Shown piece by piece: positions 20,398-29,945 of a DNA stretch of 64,000 bases (positions are counted from its first letter, which is position 1; every line of letters begins with the position of its first letter). The DNA is from Gemmatimonadales bacterium. Lineage in GTDB: Bacteria; Gemmatimonadota; Gemmatimonadetes; Gemmatimonadales; GWC2-71-9. The translations under genes were made by a program, and so were the position numbers. The DNA lies in assembly GCA_037189525.1 (NCBI GenBank), contig JBBCJC010000001.1, positions 608,001 through 672,000 on the forward strand, written 5' to 3'. The notes below the pieces were generated by a model. It made no database searches. It saw only the letters and a list, made by a program, of their open reading frames with translations, and was not told the origin of the DNA.

Positions 20398-21810
20398 TCA
20401 GGGCCGAGCCAACGCTCGGCCCGCCAGGAGCTCGTCCGGAGTCCATCTAGTCCCGCCACGCATGACCCAGACGATCGATCGGGTGTTGGCAATGGCCGCC
20501 TCCGGGTCCGCATCGAGCAGTACGAGATCCGCCCGCTTGCCGACTTCGATCGTCCCCGTCTGATCGAGTATCCCCAGCGCCTCGGCGCCGTTGCGGGTCG
20601 CCATGCGCAGCACTTCGCGCGGCGGGATTCCGGCGTCGACCAGCAGTTCGAACTCCCGATGGAGGCTCGGACCCGCCGGCACCCAGGGGCTGTTGCCATC
20701 GGTGCCGGTAGTCAGCAGCACCCCTCGGTCGTACAGCTGCTTGACGAATCGACGCACCAGCGGCCAGGCTCGGCGCGCCCGGTCGAAATCCGCGGGCGTA
20801 AAGCCCGCGCTCAGGGTAAAGGAGGTTCGCCAGTTCTCCAGTAGCGCCGGGTGCGCATGAACGAGATCCGGACTCTGGACCATGCGTGCGCTGTCGCCCC
20901 AGGCGATCGCTTCGAAGATCGCGAGCGTCGGATCATGCGGGATGCGCCGCGTCACCAGCGCCCGGATCATCGAATCCGCCTCGGCGGATTCCGGCTCGTA
21001 AAACTCATGCCACTGGAACATGAACCCGGCGTGCCTGACCATCGACGCCCGCCATGCCGCGCGGCGCTCGGGTGTCAGGAGCTTGGGAGACAGGGGGAAC
21101 GAGTGCACCAGATAGTCGATGCCCAGCGCAGCGGCTTCGGTCCAGCTCGTGGCGAACAGATGCCCGATCACCTTGACGCCCGCCCGATGCGCCTCGTCGA
21201 TCCCGGCAGCCACCGCGGTCGAATCGAGCGAGGTATAGAGCTTGACGTAGTCGACACCGAGCCCGATCTGCCGACGAACCGCGGCCCGGACATCGTCGGG
21301 CGTCTTTACCTGTTCCGTCAGTCCGGGAAACTCACCTCGATCGATCACTTCGCCCGCCGTCAGAATGCGCGGGCCAATCAACTGGCCGCGAGCGACACTG
21401 TCGCGCACCGCGACGGCAACATTGGCAGGCGCGGCCGGGTCGCGGATCGTCGTGACCCCGAATGCCAGCAAGGTACGCAGCGTCCACGATGCGATACTGG
21501 TATCGGACACGACCATCGGCACACCGGAGGCCTGGACCTGCACCGGGCCGAGGATGACATGGGCATGCATGTCGATCAGGCCGGGCATCAGCCATCGCCC
21601 GGTGCCGTCGATGACCTCGGCGCCCATGGGCGCGCGCAAAGCATCCACCGGTTCGATGCGCTCGATGCGGCCATCCCGGATCAGGACGCTCTGCCCCGCC
21701 TTGGGGGCGCCACCCGACCCGTCGATGACGGTGACGTTCCTCACGACGACCGACGGCTGCGCACACGCGGCCGCCAGCAGAACCAGAATCACTCCATAGC
21801 GAAGCGACAT
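20398..21810 (-). CDS. Amidohydrolase family lipoprotein
   Basis: LAAAC lipobox; PGLIDMHAH, GVTTIRD, KLY, GH, VH, GTD, GKRADLVLL. Confidence 0.88.
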   Translation of the reverse strand: MSLRYGVILVLLAAACAQPSVVVRNVTVIDGSGGAPKAGQSVLIRDGRIERIEPVDALRAPMGAEVIDGTGRWLMPGLIDMHAHVILGPVQVQASGVPMVVSDTSIASWTLRTLLAFGVTTIRDPAAPANVAVAVRDSVARGQLIGPRILTAGEVIDRGEFPGLTEQVKTPDDVRAAVRRQIGLGVDYVKLYTSLDSTAVAAGIDEAHRAGVKVIGHLFATSWTEAAALGIDYLVHSFPLSPKLLTPERRAAWRASMVRHAGFMFQWHEFYEPESAEADSMIRALVTRRIPHDPTLAIFEAIAWGDSARMVQSPDLVHAHPALLENWRTSFTLSAGFTPADFDRARRAWPLVRRFVKQLYDRGVLLTTGTDGNSPWVPAGPSLHREFELLVDAGIPPREVLRMATRNGAEALGILDQTGTIEVGKRADLVLLDADPEAAIANTRSIVWVMRGGTRWTPDELLAGRALARP

Positions 21811-21881
21811 CGCTACCTCGATTTTCTCAGACGTTCTGGCAAGTAGGCGGCGGGGCGGTTCAGGACGCCGCCATGCATGAC

Positions 21882-23234
21882 CTAGGCAATCCGCCGCGTG
21901 TTGGAGATCTGGACGAGCGGGTCGGCATCCAGTACGACCAGATCGGCCCGCTTCCCGACTTCGAGGGTTCCGAGCTCGGCGCCGAGCCGAAGCGCTACCG
22001 CAGCGTTGCGGGTTGCCATCCGGAGCACATCGGCGTTCGGGATACCCGACGCCGCGAGCAACTCCATTTCGCGGTGGAACATCCAGGGATTGGCAGCATC
22101 GGTCCCAACCGTGAGCGGCACGCCGGCCTGGTGGAGACGACGGACCAGCTCCTGCATCCGCGGCAAGCGATCGCGGGCGTTGGCGTAGTCGGCGGCCGAC
22201 CATCCGCGCAGGGCATTCATCGCCTTTTCCTTGGCCGCAAAGGTCGGCGGCACGTATTGCTCCGCCTCTCTGGGATAGAAAGAGGGATGATCGTACCAGG
22301 CGACGGATTCGAAGTAACTCAAGGTCGGATCGATACTGACGTGCCGGAGCACCAGGGTTCGGAGCAGGTCCTGAATCTCAGGACCGTCGAAGTCGGCGAA
22401 CCTGAACCAGTCGAACATCACCAACCCGCGATGCTTGATCGCCAGAAACTCGGCCCGCCGATCCGGCGGCAGGAGTTTGGCATTGCTGACGATGACGTGC
22501 GTAATCCCGTCGATGCCGGCCAGAGCGGCATCGGTCCACGAAGTGCTGGCGAGGTGACCTACCGTCAGGAGCCCGTGCCGATGCGCCTCGTCGATCGCGG
22601 CGCGTACCAGCGCGGAGTCGAGACCGTCATACACCTTGATCAGATCGACGCCCGCAGCCGCTTGCGCAGCCACCGCTGCACGGACTTCCGCTTCCGTGGT
22701 GATGGGGATCGTCGCCGTGTTGACTGTCGGACGATCGAGTACCGAGCCCGAGGTCAAGATCCGGGGCCCGATCAACTCGCCTGTGCGCACCCGATTCCGC
22801 AGGGACAACCCTTCGCGCGTGGGAGCAGCAGGATTACGAACGGTCGTAATACCAAACGCCAGCTGGGATCGTGTCAGTTCTTGCGTAGCTTCCTCGTCGT
22901 ACGCATAGCGCAGCGCCGGCTTTCCCGCGATCGTATCGAGCTCCCAGACGCCGATGGCCAGATGCCCGTGCATCTCGATGAATCCCGGCACCAGGAATTT
23001 CCCCGATACATCCACGATCCGCGCCCCACGAGGGACAGGGACAGCGCCTCGCGGCCCCACGGCAGTGATCCATCCGTTCCGGACCACCACGACCGCATCG
23101 GGTTGAGATCCTCGGCCGGTCCCGTCGATCACGGTCCCACCCACCAGCGCAAGAGTCCCGGACTGCGCATGGGCGGCAGTCCATAGGATCAGAGACAAAA
23201 CCAGGACGAACCCTGGACGGATACGGCGAACCAT
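21882..23234 (-). CDS. Secreted amidohydrolase; ends at an apparently premature TAG, frame continues to 21813
   Basis: PGFIEMHGH, GITTVRN, KVY, GH, TH, GTD; the sequence after the TAG reads VMHGGVLNRPAAYLPERLRKSR. Confidence 0.85.
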   Translation of the reverse strand: MVRRIRPGFVLVLSLILWTAAHAQSGTLALVGGTVIDGTGRGSQPDAVVVVRNGWITAVGPRGAVPVPRGARIVDVSGKFLVPGFIEMHGHLAIGVWELDTIAGKPALRYAYDEEATQELTRSQLAFGITTVRNPAAPTREGLSLRNRVRTGELIGPRILTSGSVLDRPTVNTATIPITTEAEVRAAVAAQAAAGVDLIKVYDGLDSALVRAAIDEAHRHGLLTVGHLASTSWTDAALAGIDGITHVIVSNAKLLPPDRRAEFLAIKHRGLVMFDWFRFADFDGPEIQDLLRTLVLRHVSIDPTLSYFESVAWYDHPSFYPREAEQYVPPTFAAKEKAMNALRGWSAADYANARDRLPRMQELVRRLHQAGVPLTVGTDAANPWMFHREMELLAASGIPNADVLRMATRNAAVALRLGAELGTLEVGKRADLVVLDADPLVQISNTRRIA

Positions 23235-23477
23235 GAGCGATGCTCGGATTGATGGCCACCATGGTAGTCCCGGAATCCAGCAAAACCTTACTGGTGATGG
23301 AAGTCGTTGGCCCCATGCGGGCTGTACCAGGAGTTGCTACGAGCCTTGGGGGTGAGACCACCGTCGCATCGTTTGACAAGATGATGGGCCAACGCCAAGC
23401 TTACCCGGGCGTTCGGCGCCTCTATTTCAAACCGAACCGACAGGCCGACGCCAAGCGACACTTCAACCCCACCGGAC

Positions 23478-24764
23478 ATGCGACACGGACTCCTGCTGCT
23501 GATCGTCTGGACGCTGGGATGTGCCAGCCAGGCGACGGAACGATCGGCATGGCCTGCCCCTGTTGCCGGACAGGTGCAGTACGATGCCACCGTCGGCTTC
23601 AACCTCGACGCAGGCGAACTGGACGCTGCGGTCACGCTGCACTTACCGTCCACCGCCGCCGTGGGCGACACGATTCGACTCCTGCTCAATCGAGGGCTGA
23701 CGGTACAGAGCGTCACGGGAACGGCGGTACGGTCTCATCAGGTCGGCCCCTCGGAGTTCTCGCCAGCTTGGCAGATGGTGTCCATCCTGCTGGACGGACC
23801 GATCCCGGCGGGTGCCGTTCGTACTATCGAGATCCGATATGCCGGTAAGCCCGAGCTGCCGGGCGATGGAATCAATGCCATTGCGCCACACCGGGTCGAA
23901 CTCAACCTCGATTCCCAGTGGTTTCCGATTCCCGCGCGGATCGACCATGAACTCGTCGGTATACTTCGGACTCGGGTACCGGCAGGTTGGCAGGTGGCGG
24001 CGGGCGGGACCATCGAGCGCCTCGATAGCGCCGTGGTCGTGCGGTCACGCGTTCCCCAGGTCGATGTGGCAATCTCGGCGACCCCGGGATTTCGCGAACT
24101 ACCAGGGCGGCAGTTCACCATCCTGTACAACGACGCCGGTGAGCGTACGGCGCGGGCCGTGCTCGTCGCGGCCGAGAACTGCGGCGGGTATCTCGATGGA
24201 CGGTTCGGAGGGAGAGATCGGTTTCCCGGCGGCCGGATCGTCCTCGCCGATCGGCCCGGACCGGGCTACGCGCGCAAGAACTACATCGTGCTCAGCAACA
24301 TCGACCCCGACAGCTCCGAAGCCCTCCATAACTTCCTCTGTCACGAGGTCGCCCACTATTGGACCCGGTTCTCGGGCGCCATGTCTCCCAACTACTGGTT
24401 GATCGAGACCTTCGCCGAGTTTTCGGCCGCGCTCTACCTGCGGGATCGGATCGGGGCGGCGGCGTTCGACCGGCGACGCAGCATCTGGGAGTCGGGCGGC
24501 CGTGCCGCCGGTCCCGTCTGGACCCCGGCAACGACGACCCGACAACCGTATGCGGTAGCCTACCGGCGCGGTCCGTATCTCCTCGCGCTGCTGGAAGATC
24601 GCATCGGGCGAGAGACATTTGCCCGATTCATCGACGGCTACATGGAAACCGGCATCGCGACGACGCAGGCCCTCCTCGACCACCTGCAGGGCGTGGCAGG
24701 GGCTCAGGCATCGGCATGGTTCGCAGCCGAACTCGCCAAGGGACCATCGACCCCGCACCCCTAG
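23478..24764 (+). CDS. Gluzincin (M1 aminopeptidase-like) metallopeptidase lipoprotein
   Basis: LGCA lipobox; HEVAH...WLIETFAEF; AYRRGPYLL. Confidence 0.8.
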   Translation: MRHGLLLLIVWTLGCASQATERSAWPAPVAGQVQYDATVGFNLDAGELDAAVTLHLPSTAAVGDTIRLLLNRGLTVQSVTGTAVRSHQVGPSEFSPAWQMVSILLDGPIPAGAVRTIEIRYAGKPELPGDGINAIAPHRVELNLDSQWFPIPARIDHELVGILRTRVPAGWQVAAGGTIERLDSAVVVRSRVPQVDVAISATPGFRELPGRQFTILYNDAGERTARAVLVAAENCGGYLDGRFGGRDRFPGGRIVLADRPGPGYARKNYIVLSNIDPDSSEALHNFLCHEVAHYWTRFSGAMSPNYWLIETFAEFSAALYLRDRIGAAAFDRRRSIWESGGRAAGPVWTPATTTRQPYAVAYRRGPYLLALLEDRIGRETFARFIDGYMETGIATTQALLDHLQGVAGAQASAWFAAELAKGPSTPHP

Positions 24765-24910
24765 AACGGCGAAACCGAACCAGCTACGCAACCGCGATGG
24801 CCCTGCTTCTGAGAATCGACAGAGCTCGAGCCTTGGCCTGCGGCTCACAACGTTTTGACCTGATGAGGTGTCTAACTAAGATCGACCCTTCCCTGACTGC
24901 TATCCGGACC

Positions 24911-26113
24911 ATGTCTCTCTCGCGACAACGACTGACCTGTTTTCTCTGCCTCGGATTGGGCGCTACATCCGCCGGATCAGCCCAATCGCCTGCGGTGGCA
25001 CGAATCGTCGAGGCGGCGAAGGCTTCGCACACCGACGCTCTCTATCTCTGGAAGGACGGCGTCGAGTTGATCGACACCACCTTTTCCGGCGAGCCCCGGA
25101 CCATCGAACTCATGTCCGCCGCCAAGTCCGTCGTCGCCCTCGCCATCGGGCGGCTGCTCGACGAAGGCAAGTTGAGTTCGATTGACCAGCCAGTCCATAC
25201 ACTCTTCCCGGAATGGAAGCAGGGCCGGAAGCAGGACATCACCATCAAGCACCTGCTCAACCACACGTCGGGACTTCAGAACATTCCCAATGCAGGCGCC
25301 GAGATTTATCCCGCACCTGATGCGATCCAGCTGGCGCTTGCTGCGGAACTGACGGACCCGCCCGGGGCCAGGTTCGCCTATAACAACAAGGCAACCAATC
25401 TGCTGGCCGGCGTCATCGAAAAGGCCAGCGGGCAGCGGATGGACCTGTATATGGTCGAGAAGCTGTTTCAGCCGCTCGGAATCTCCGAGTACCAGTGGTA
25501 CTTCGACCGGAGCGGCAAGCCGCACGGAATGGCGGGGCTCCAACTCAAGGCGCGGGACGCCGCCAAGCTGGGCCGGCTGGTGCTCGACCGTGGCCAGTGG
25601 GAAGGCAAACAACTGATCCCGGCCAGCTATATCGACGCCATGCTGGCCCCGAGCCAGGAACACTATCGGCTGGTCGGCCTGCTCTGGTGGATTCAGCCGG
25701 ACACCCAAAGCGTGCGGCTCAAACCGCTCACGGCCCGCCGCACCGACTCTCCGGACAAACAGGCGGTGATCCGGAAACTCTCGACTCTGTCGGCACGAGA
25801 GTACGGCTCCAGACCCGAGGCGCGCCTGGCGATTTGGAACCTGATTGGGGGGCCGCAGCCGTCCGCCGATTCGACCCTCGTCACCGCGATCGGGGCCGAT
25901 TGGAGTACGTCGATCCTCGACTGGACCATCGGGACGCCCGCGGCGTTCTACGCGGACGGATATCTGGGCCAGTACATCGTCGTCGTACCGAGCCAGCGCG
26001 TGGTAGCAGTGCGACAGATTCGTAACTCGGACCGATACGATGAAGCCACCGACGGGTTCACGAACTTCGTCGCGATGGTGACGAGACTGGCCCCGGAACT
26101 GGGAAGAGACTAG
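24911..26113 (+). CDS. Secreted serine hydrolase (NylB/beta-lactamase fold)
   Basis: SAAK, LLNHTSG, YNN, ADGYLGQYI. Confidence 0.87.
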   Translation: MSLSRQRLTCFLCLGLGATSAGSAQSPAVARIVEAAKASHTDALYLWKDGVELIDTTFSGEPRTIELMSAAKSVVALAIGRLLDEGKLSSIDQPVHTLFPEWKQGRKQDITIKHLLNHTSGLQNIPNAGAEIYPAPDAIQLALAAELTDPPGARFAYNNKATNLLAGVIEKASGQRMDLYMVEKLFQPLGISEYQWYFDRSGKPHGMAGLQLKARDAAKLGRLVLDRGQWEGKQLIPASYIDAMLAPSQEHYRLVGLLWWIQPDTQSVRLKPLTARRTDSPDKQAVIRKLSTLSAREYGSRPEARLAIWNLIGGPQPSADSTLVTAIGADWSTSILDWTIGTPAAFYADGYLGQYIVVVPSQRVVAVRQIRNSDRYDEATDGFTNFVAMVTRLAPELGRD

Positions 26114-26235
26114 ACAGAACGGCGGAAGATCCTACGGCTTCCCGGGAAGTACAGTGCCCAAACGGCCGCAGGACCGAGTCCTAACACCTATGAGGAGTGG
26201 ATACTACATCCATCGCCTGCAACGCACCCGTCGGC

Positions 26236-26646
26236 TTACGTCGCTGCCTGCGCAATGAGCCAGTAGCGCGCAAATTTCCCGACGGCCATGTAGAGCGTCG
26301 ACGGTACCAGCGGCAGCCGAAGCCATCCCGCCGCAACGCAGAGCGCATCACCGACGATCGGCGCCCACGCCAAGAGGAGCACGGGCGCCCCGTATCGGCG
26401 GGCCCACGCGACCTCCCGTCGAGCCGTACGTTCCGGCAGGAGCCGGCCGATGGCATACGAGGTGAGGCCGCCCAGCGTGTTCCCGAAGGTGGCTACCGCG
26501 AGCGCCGGCCAGAAGATGTCGGAGTTGAACCGCAGAAGGGCAAACAGGGCGGGCTCCGAACCGCCCGGAAGCAAAGTGGCCGCCAGGAAACTGGCCGCAA
26601 ACAACGCCCAGAGTTGGGCGGCCTCGGACCCGAGGAGCGCTTCCAT
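26236..26646 (-). CDS. YqaA/DedA family membrane protein
   Basis: FLAATLLPGGSE, GNTLGG, PIVGDALCVAAGWLR, GKFARY. Confidence 0.9.
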   Translation of the reverse strand: MEALLGSEAAQLWALFAASFLAATLLPGGSEPALFALLRFNSDIFWPALAVATFGNTLGGLTSYAIGRLLPERTARREVAWARRYGAPVLLLAWAPIVGDALCVAAGWLRLPLVPSTLYMAVGKFARYWLIAQAAT

Positions 26647-26670
26647 CGCAACGTCAGCGCGCGGCGACGC

Positions 26671-27816
26671 TCATCCGCAAAACTCGGTGATCACTCCGGT
26701 CAACAGATCCGTCACCCGATGCACCGACGCGACCTCGACCCATTCGGTCGCCGCATGCGCACCGCCTCCGACGACGCCGACCAGTAAGCTCTGCATTCCG
26801 GCGCCGTGGGTGAGCCCCGCATCGGTCCAGAAGGGATCGCCGCGGACGACCGGAGCCGTGCCGAGCACGCGTTCGGTGTGGCGCATCACGGTCGTGACGA
26901 TCGGCGATTCCGGATCGGCCTCGAACGCGTCCCGCCCGATCAGCCGAGTCAGCGTGTACCGGAACTCGGGGTCTTGGGACGCCAGAGTGTCGAGCAACCG
27001 GCGCAGTTCGGCCTCGACGCTCGCCACCGTCTCATCTGGGAGCGCCCGGCGTTCGATCGTGATCCGGCACTCCGCAGCAACCGTCGCAGCATCCTCACCG
27101 CCCTCGATCATCGAGACGCGAACCGCACTGTGGCCGAGCATCGGATGCCGGGGCACCGCCTGTAAGCGAGCCCGTAACGCCTCGATCGCGTTCAGAACCC
27201 GGGTGGCATGCGCAATCGTATCGATCCCCTGCTCCGGCATCGAACCATGCGCAGCGCGGCCGGTCAGCACGATCTCGAACCAGGCAAAGCCGCGATGGGC
27301 CAGCGTCACACCGAGCTGAGTCGGCTCGACGACGATCGCGGCATCGGCTCGGAACTGTGCGACGACCTCTTCCGTCCCGATGCTACCGAACTCCTCGTCA
27401 GCCACGCAAGCAACCAGCACGTCACCGGCGAGCGGGACCTGCGTGGCACGCACCGCGGCAACCATCGCGGCGGCCAGACCGCTTTTCATGTCGAACGCGC
27501 CGCGACCATACAAGCGACCGTCCCGCTCCACCGGGTCGAACGGGTCGCCGTCGTACCCGGCGACCGACACCGTATCGGTATGCCCGTTGAGGAGCAGCGA
27601 GCGACCACCGCCTGTGCCGCGCCGGATCCCGACCACCGACGGGCGCCCGGGATGGCCCTCGAGCCGATGCACCTCGAACCCGTGCCGGGTCAACCACTCA
27701 CCGCACCAGGCGGCGATCGCGGCCTCGCCAGCTGCGCCGGGCACCAGATCGGGGTTGACCGAATCCAGGCGGACCATGGCACGGAGCAGCTCGATCGGAT
27801 CGGGTGACTCAGACAT
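26671..27816 (-). CDS. ArgE/DapE family M20 deacylase
   Basis: NGHTDTV, GRGAFDMK, DEE, GRAAHGS, WTDA, GAH. Confidence 0.9.
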   Translation of the reverse strand: MSESPDPIELLRAMVRLDSVNPDLVPGAAGEAAIAAWCGEWLTRHGFEVHRLEGHPGRPSVVGIRRGTGGGRSLLLNGHTDTVSVAGYDGDPFDPVERDGRLYGRGAFDMKSGLAAAMVAAVRATQVPLAGDVLVACVADEEFGSIGTEEVVAQFRADAAIVVEPTQLGVTLAHRGFAWFEIVLTGRAAHGSMPEQGIDTIAHATRVLNAIEALRARLQAVPRHPMLGHSAVRVSMIEGGEDAATVAAECRITIERRALPDETVASVEAELRRLLDTLASQDPEFRYTLTRLIGRDAFEADPESPIVTTVMRHTERVLGTAPVVRGDPFWTDAGLTHGAGMQSLLVGVVGGGAHAATEWVEVASVHRVTDLLTGVITEFCG

Positions 27817-27869
27817 GACAGCCTCGCATCAACGGTTGAACCGGCCGGAATCCCTGCGCTACAACGTCC

Positions 27870-28991
27870 TCAACGGTACCCGTGCCCTCGGCGCACCTCG
27901 GTAATGCCGGGCGGAGGCGGCGTCGGCTGCCAGCGGCCGGACTCGTAGTCGAACCAGGTCTGGCGGCGCTGAGCACTGTAGTTGCGCAGCAGGGCCGACC
28001 CGGCGGAGTCGGCCGCGAGCGCCCGGGTCAACGGCGCAGTAGATCCGCTGGTCGCGACACCGATCAGCTGAACCAGGATGTCATAGGCATGGCGGAGCGA
28101 GTCCGCTTCGAAGAACAGGGTGCTGTCGGAATACGGAATGCCGGGAATCCCGTCGAACATCGCCAGACTCGAGGGCGGCACCGCTTTGAGGCCGGCCCTG
28201 AGCTTGCCGGGAATCCGCATTGCCTGCGCCTTACCGGCCTTGAGATTCTCGACCGCTTTCTGCGCATGCGCCGTCAGATCGGCGCGCGCCTCGTCGACCG
28301 GACGCGGCAGCGCGCTGTCGGCCGCGGTGGCCGTCTTGACGGTGACGTACTCGATCCAGGGCATCGTCTGGAGATCACCGGCCAGCCGGTCATCGCCCGA
28401 CGCGAAGATGACCGGGATACTCTGCCGGCCCCAGGACAGGCCGACCAGTTCGGTTTCCGTAATCGGCTGCCCGTTGATCAGAATCCCGATGCCGAGCGTA
28501 AAGGTGTGCGCCGCAAAACCGCGGCTGCCGGTCTTCGAATGCATGCCTACGACCGCGACCGCATCGTACGCTTTCGGCGTGACCAGATCGAAGTAGGCGT
28601 CGAACGGCTTGTCCTGAATGATTTGCTGGGCCCGAGGATCGAGCAGGTCACGCCGGACATCCGGATCGGCATTGCCGCTGCCGTGGCCATCGACCACGAA
28701 GACCTCCGTGGCCCCGCCCGCGTAGAGACCGGCAACGACCGCGTTGATGTCGGCGACCAGCAGTTCCTGCCCGGTCGGATAGAGCGGATGTCCGAAACGG
28801 AATGACCCCGGATCGCTCTGGCCCGAGAGACCCTCCATATCGTGCAAGACCAGAATCCTGATTCCATCGGTGGTATCGGCCCGAACCGCTTCGAGTGTCC
28901 ATGGCGCACCGGAGGATGACCCCGACGATGTCGTCGAAGACGGGGCACACGCCACGAGCGGCGCCATGAGCAGCAGGAGAGGAATACGCAT
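27870..28991 (-). CDS. M55 family D-aminopeptidase (DppA-like) lipoprotein
   Basis: DMEG, DGHG, GMHSK, AHT, ETEL, SGDD; LVAC lipobox. Confidence 0.85.
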   Translation of the reverse strand: MRIPLLLLMAPLVACAPSSTTSSGSSSGAPWTLEAVRADTTDGIRILVLHDMEGLSGQSDPGSFRFGHPLYPTGQELLVADINAVVAGLYAGGATEVFVVDGHGSGNADPDVRRDLLDPRAQQIIQDKPFDAYFDLVTPKAYDAVAVVGMHSKTGSRGFAAHTFTLGIGILINGQPITETELVGLSWGRQSIPVIFASGDDRLAGDLQTMPWIEYVTVKTATAADSALPRPVDEARADLTAHAQKAVENLKAGKAQAMRIPGKLRAGLKAVPPSSLAMFDGIPGIPYSDSTLFFEADSLRHAYDILVQLIGVATSGSTAPLTRALAADSAGSALLRNYSAQRRQTWFDYESGRWQPTPPPPGITEVRRGHGYR

Positions 28992-29151
28992 CGAGTCAGA
29001 TCCCGTTCAGGAGAACACAGGCAGTGTCAGGAGGTGACGGCTGAACGGCCGGCAGGCCAGGGTCGGAGTATAACGCGCCGCGCCCCAATCGCGAGGGCCG
29101 CGCAGACGCGCTTGCCGAAGGCCGCCCGCGACGATAACGTGCTCGGTAGCC

Positions 29152-29862
29152 ATGACGGACCTCATTCATCACCTGATTGCGCTGTTCCTGATCGCGGCTT
29201 TTCCGATCTGGGATCGGATCGAGACCCGCCGGCTCCGAACCGACGCGAGCGAAGCCGCCCGCCTCCGCAGCTATCGGCAGACCGTCGGCTGGCTCTGGGT
29301 CGTCACCGTGATTCTGCTGGTGACGGCGCCGTTACCCTGGCTCATCTACCCGATGGCCGACCCGCGGCTTTCCGGCGGGTCCCTGACACCGTTCGTCTTC
29401 GGCGCCGTGATCGCCCTGCTCCTGGGCATGGGGTTGCCGCTCCTCCCGGGCAAACGGATGGCCAAGGCCCGCGCACAGCAGCGAGAGGCGCTGGAGCGGC
29501 TTTCGTTCTTTCTGCCGAGAACGCGCCGGGAACGTCGCTGGTTTGGAGCGGTATCGGTGTCGGCGGGCATCTGCGAAGAAGTGATCTTCCGCGGGTTCCT
29601 GGCCCAGTACTTTGCCGCGCTTCCGCTGGGCATCGCACCGATCGGCGCGTACCTCCTGTCGGCGCTCGTCTTCGGAATCGACCACGGCTATCAGGGACTC
29701 TCCGGTATCCTAGCCACGGGATTCCTGGCCTTGGTCTTCACCGCCCTCTTTCTCGCCACTGGCAGCATCTGGGTGCCGATTCTGGTCCACGCGCTGATCG
29801 ACCTTCGGATCCTGTTGATCCTTCCGCCCGACGAAACCGCGGCCCCGGGAACCGCCGGATAG
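29152..29862 (+). CDS. CPBP (CAAX/Abi) intramembrane metalloprotease
   Basis: EEVIFRG, FGIDHGYQG, HALID; multiple TM helices. Confidence 0.88.
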   Translation: MTDLIHHLIALFLIAAFPIWDRIETRRLRTDASEAARLRSYRQTVGWLWVVTVILLVTAPLPWLIYPMADPRLSGGSLTPFVFGAVIALLLGMGLPLLPGKRMAKARAQQREALERLSFFLPRTRRERRWFGAVSVSAGICEEVIFRGFLAQYFAALPLGIAPIGAYLLSALVFGIDHGYQGLSGILATGFLALVFTALFLATGSIWVPILVHALIDLRILLILPPDETAAPGTAG

Positions 29863-29945
29863 GTTTCGCGCAAGCCGGCGACTTGTCCCGCATCACATTC
29901 CCGGAGTATCGTCCGCGCCATCGTACTGCCCGCGGAGACCTCGGA

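Noticed and set aside
24768..24870. Hammerhead-like words CGAAAC and CTGATGAG in an intergenic region
   Set aside because: I could not form stems I-III or a properly placed NUH cleavage site.
26170..26181. 12-mer AGGACCGAGTCC identical to part of the ankyrin leader (1687-1698)
   Set aside because: Flanks do not match, and isolated 12-mer matches are expected by chance in 64 kb of GC-rich DNA.
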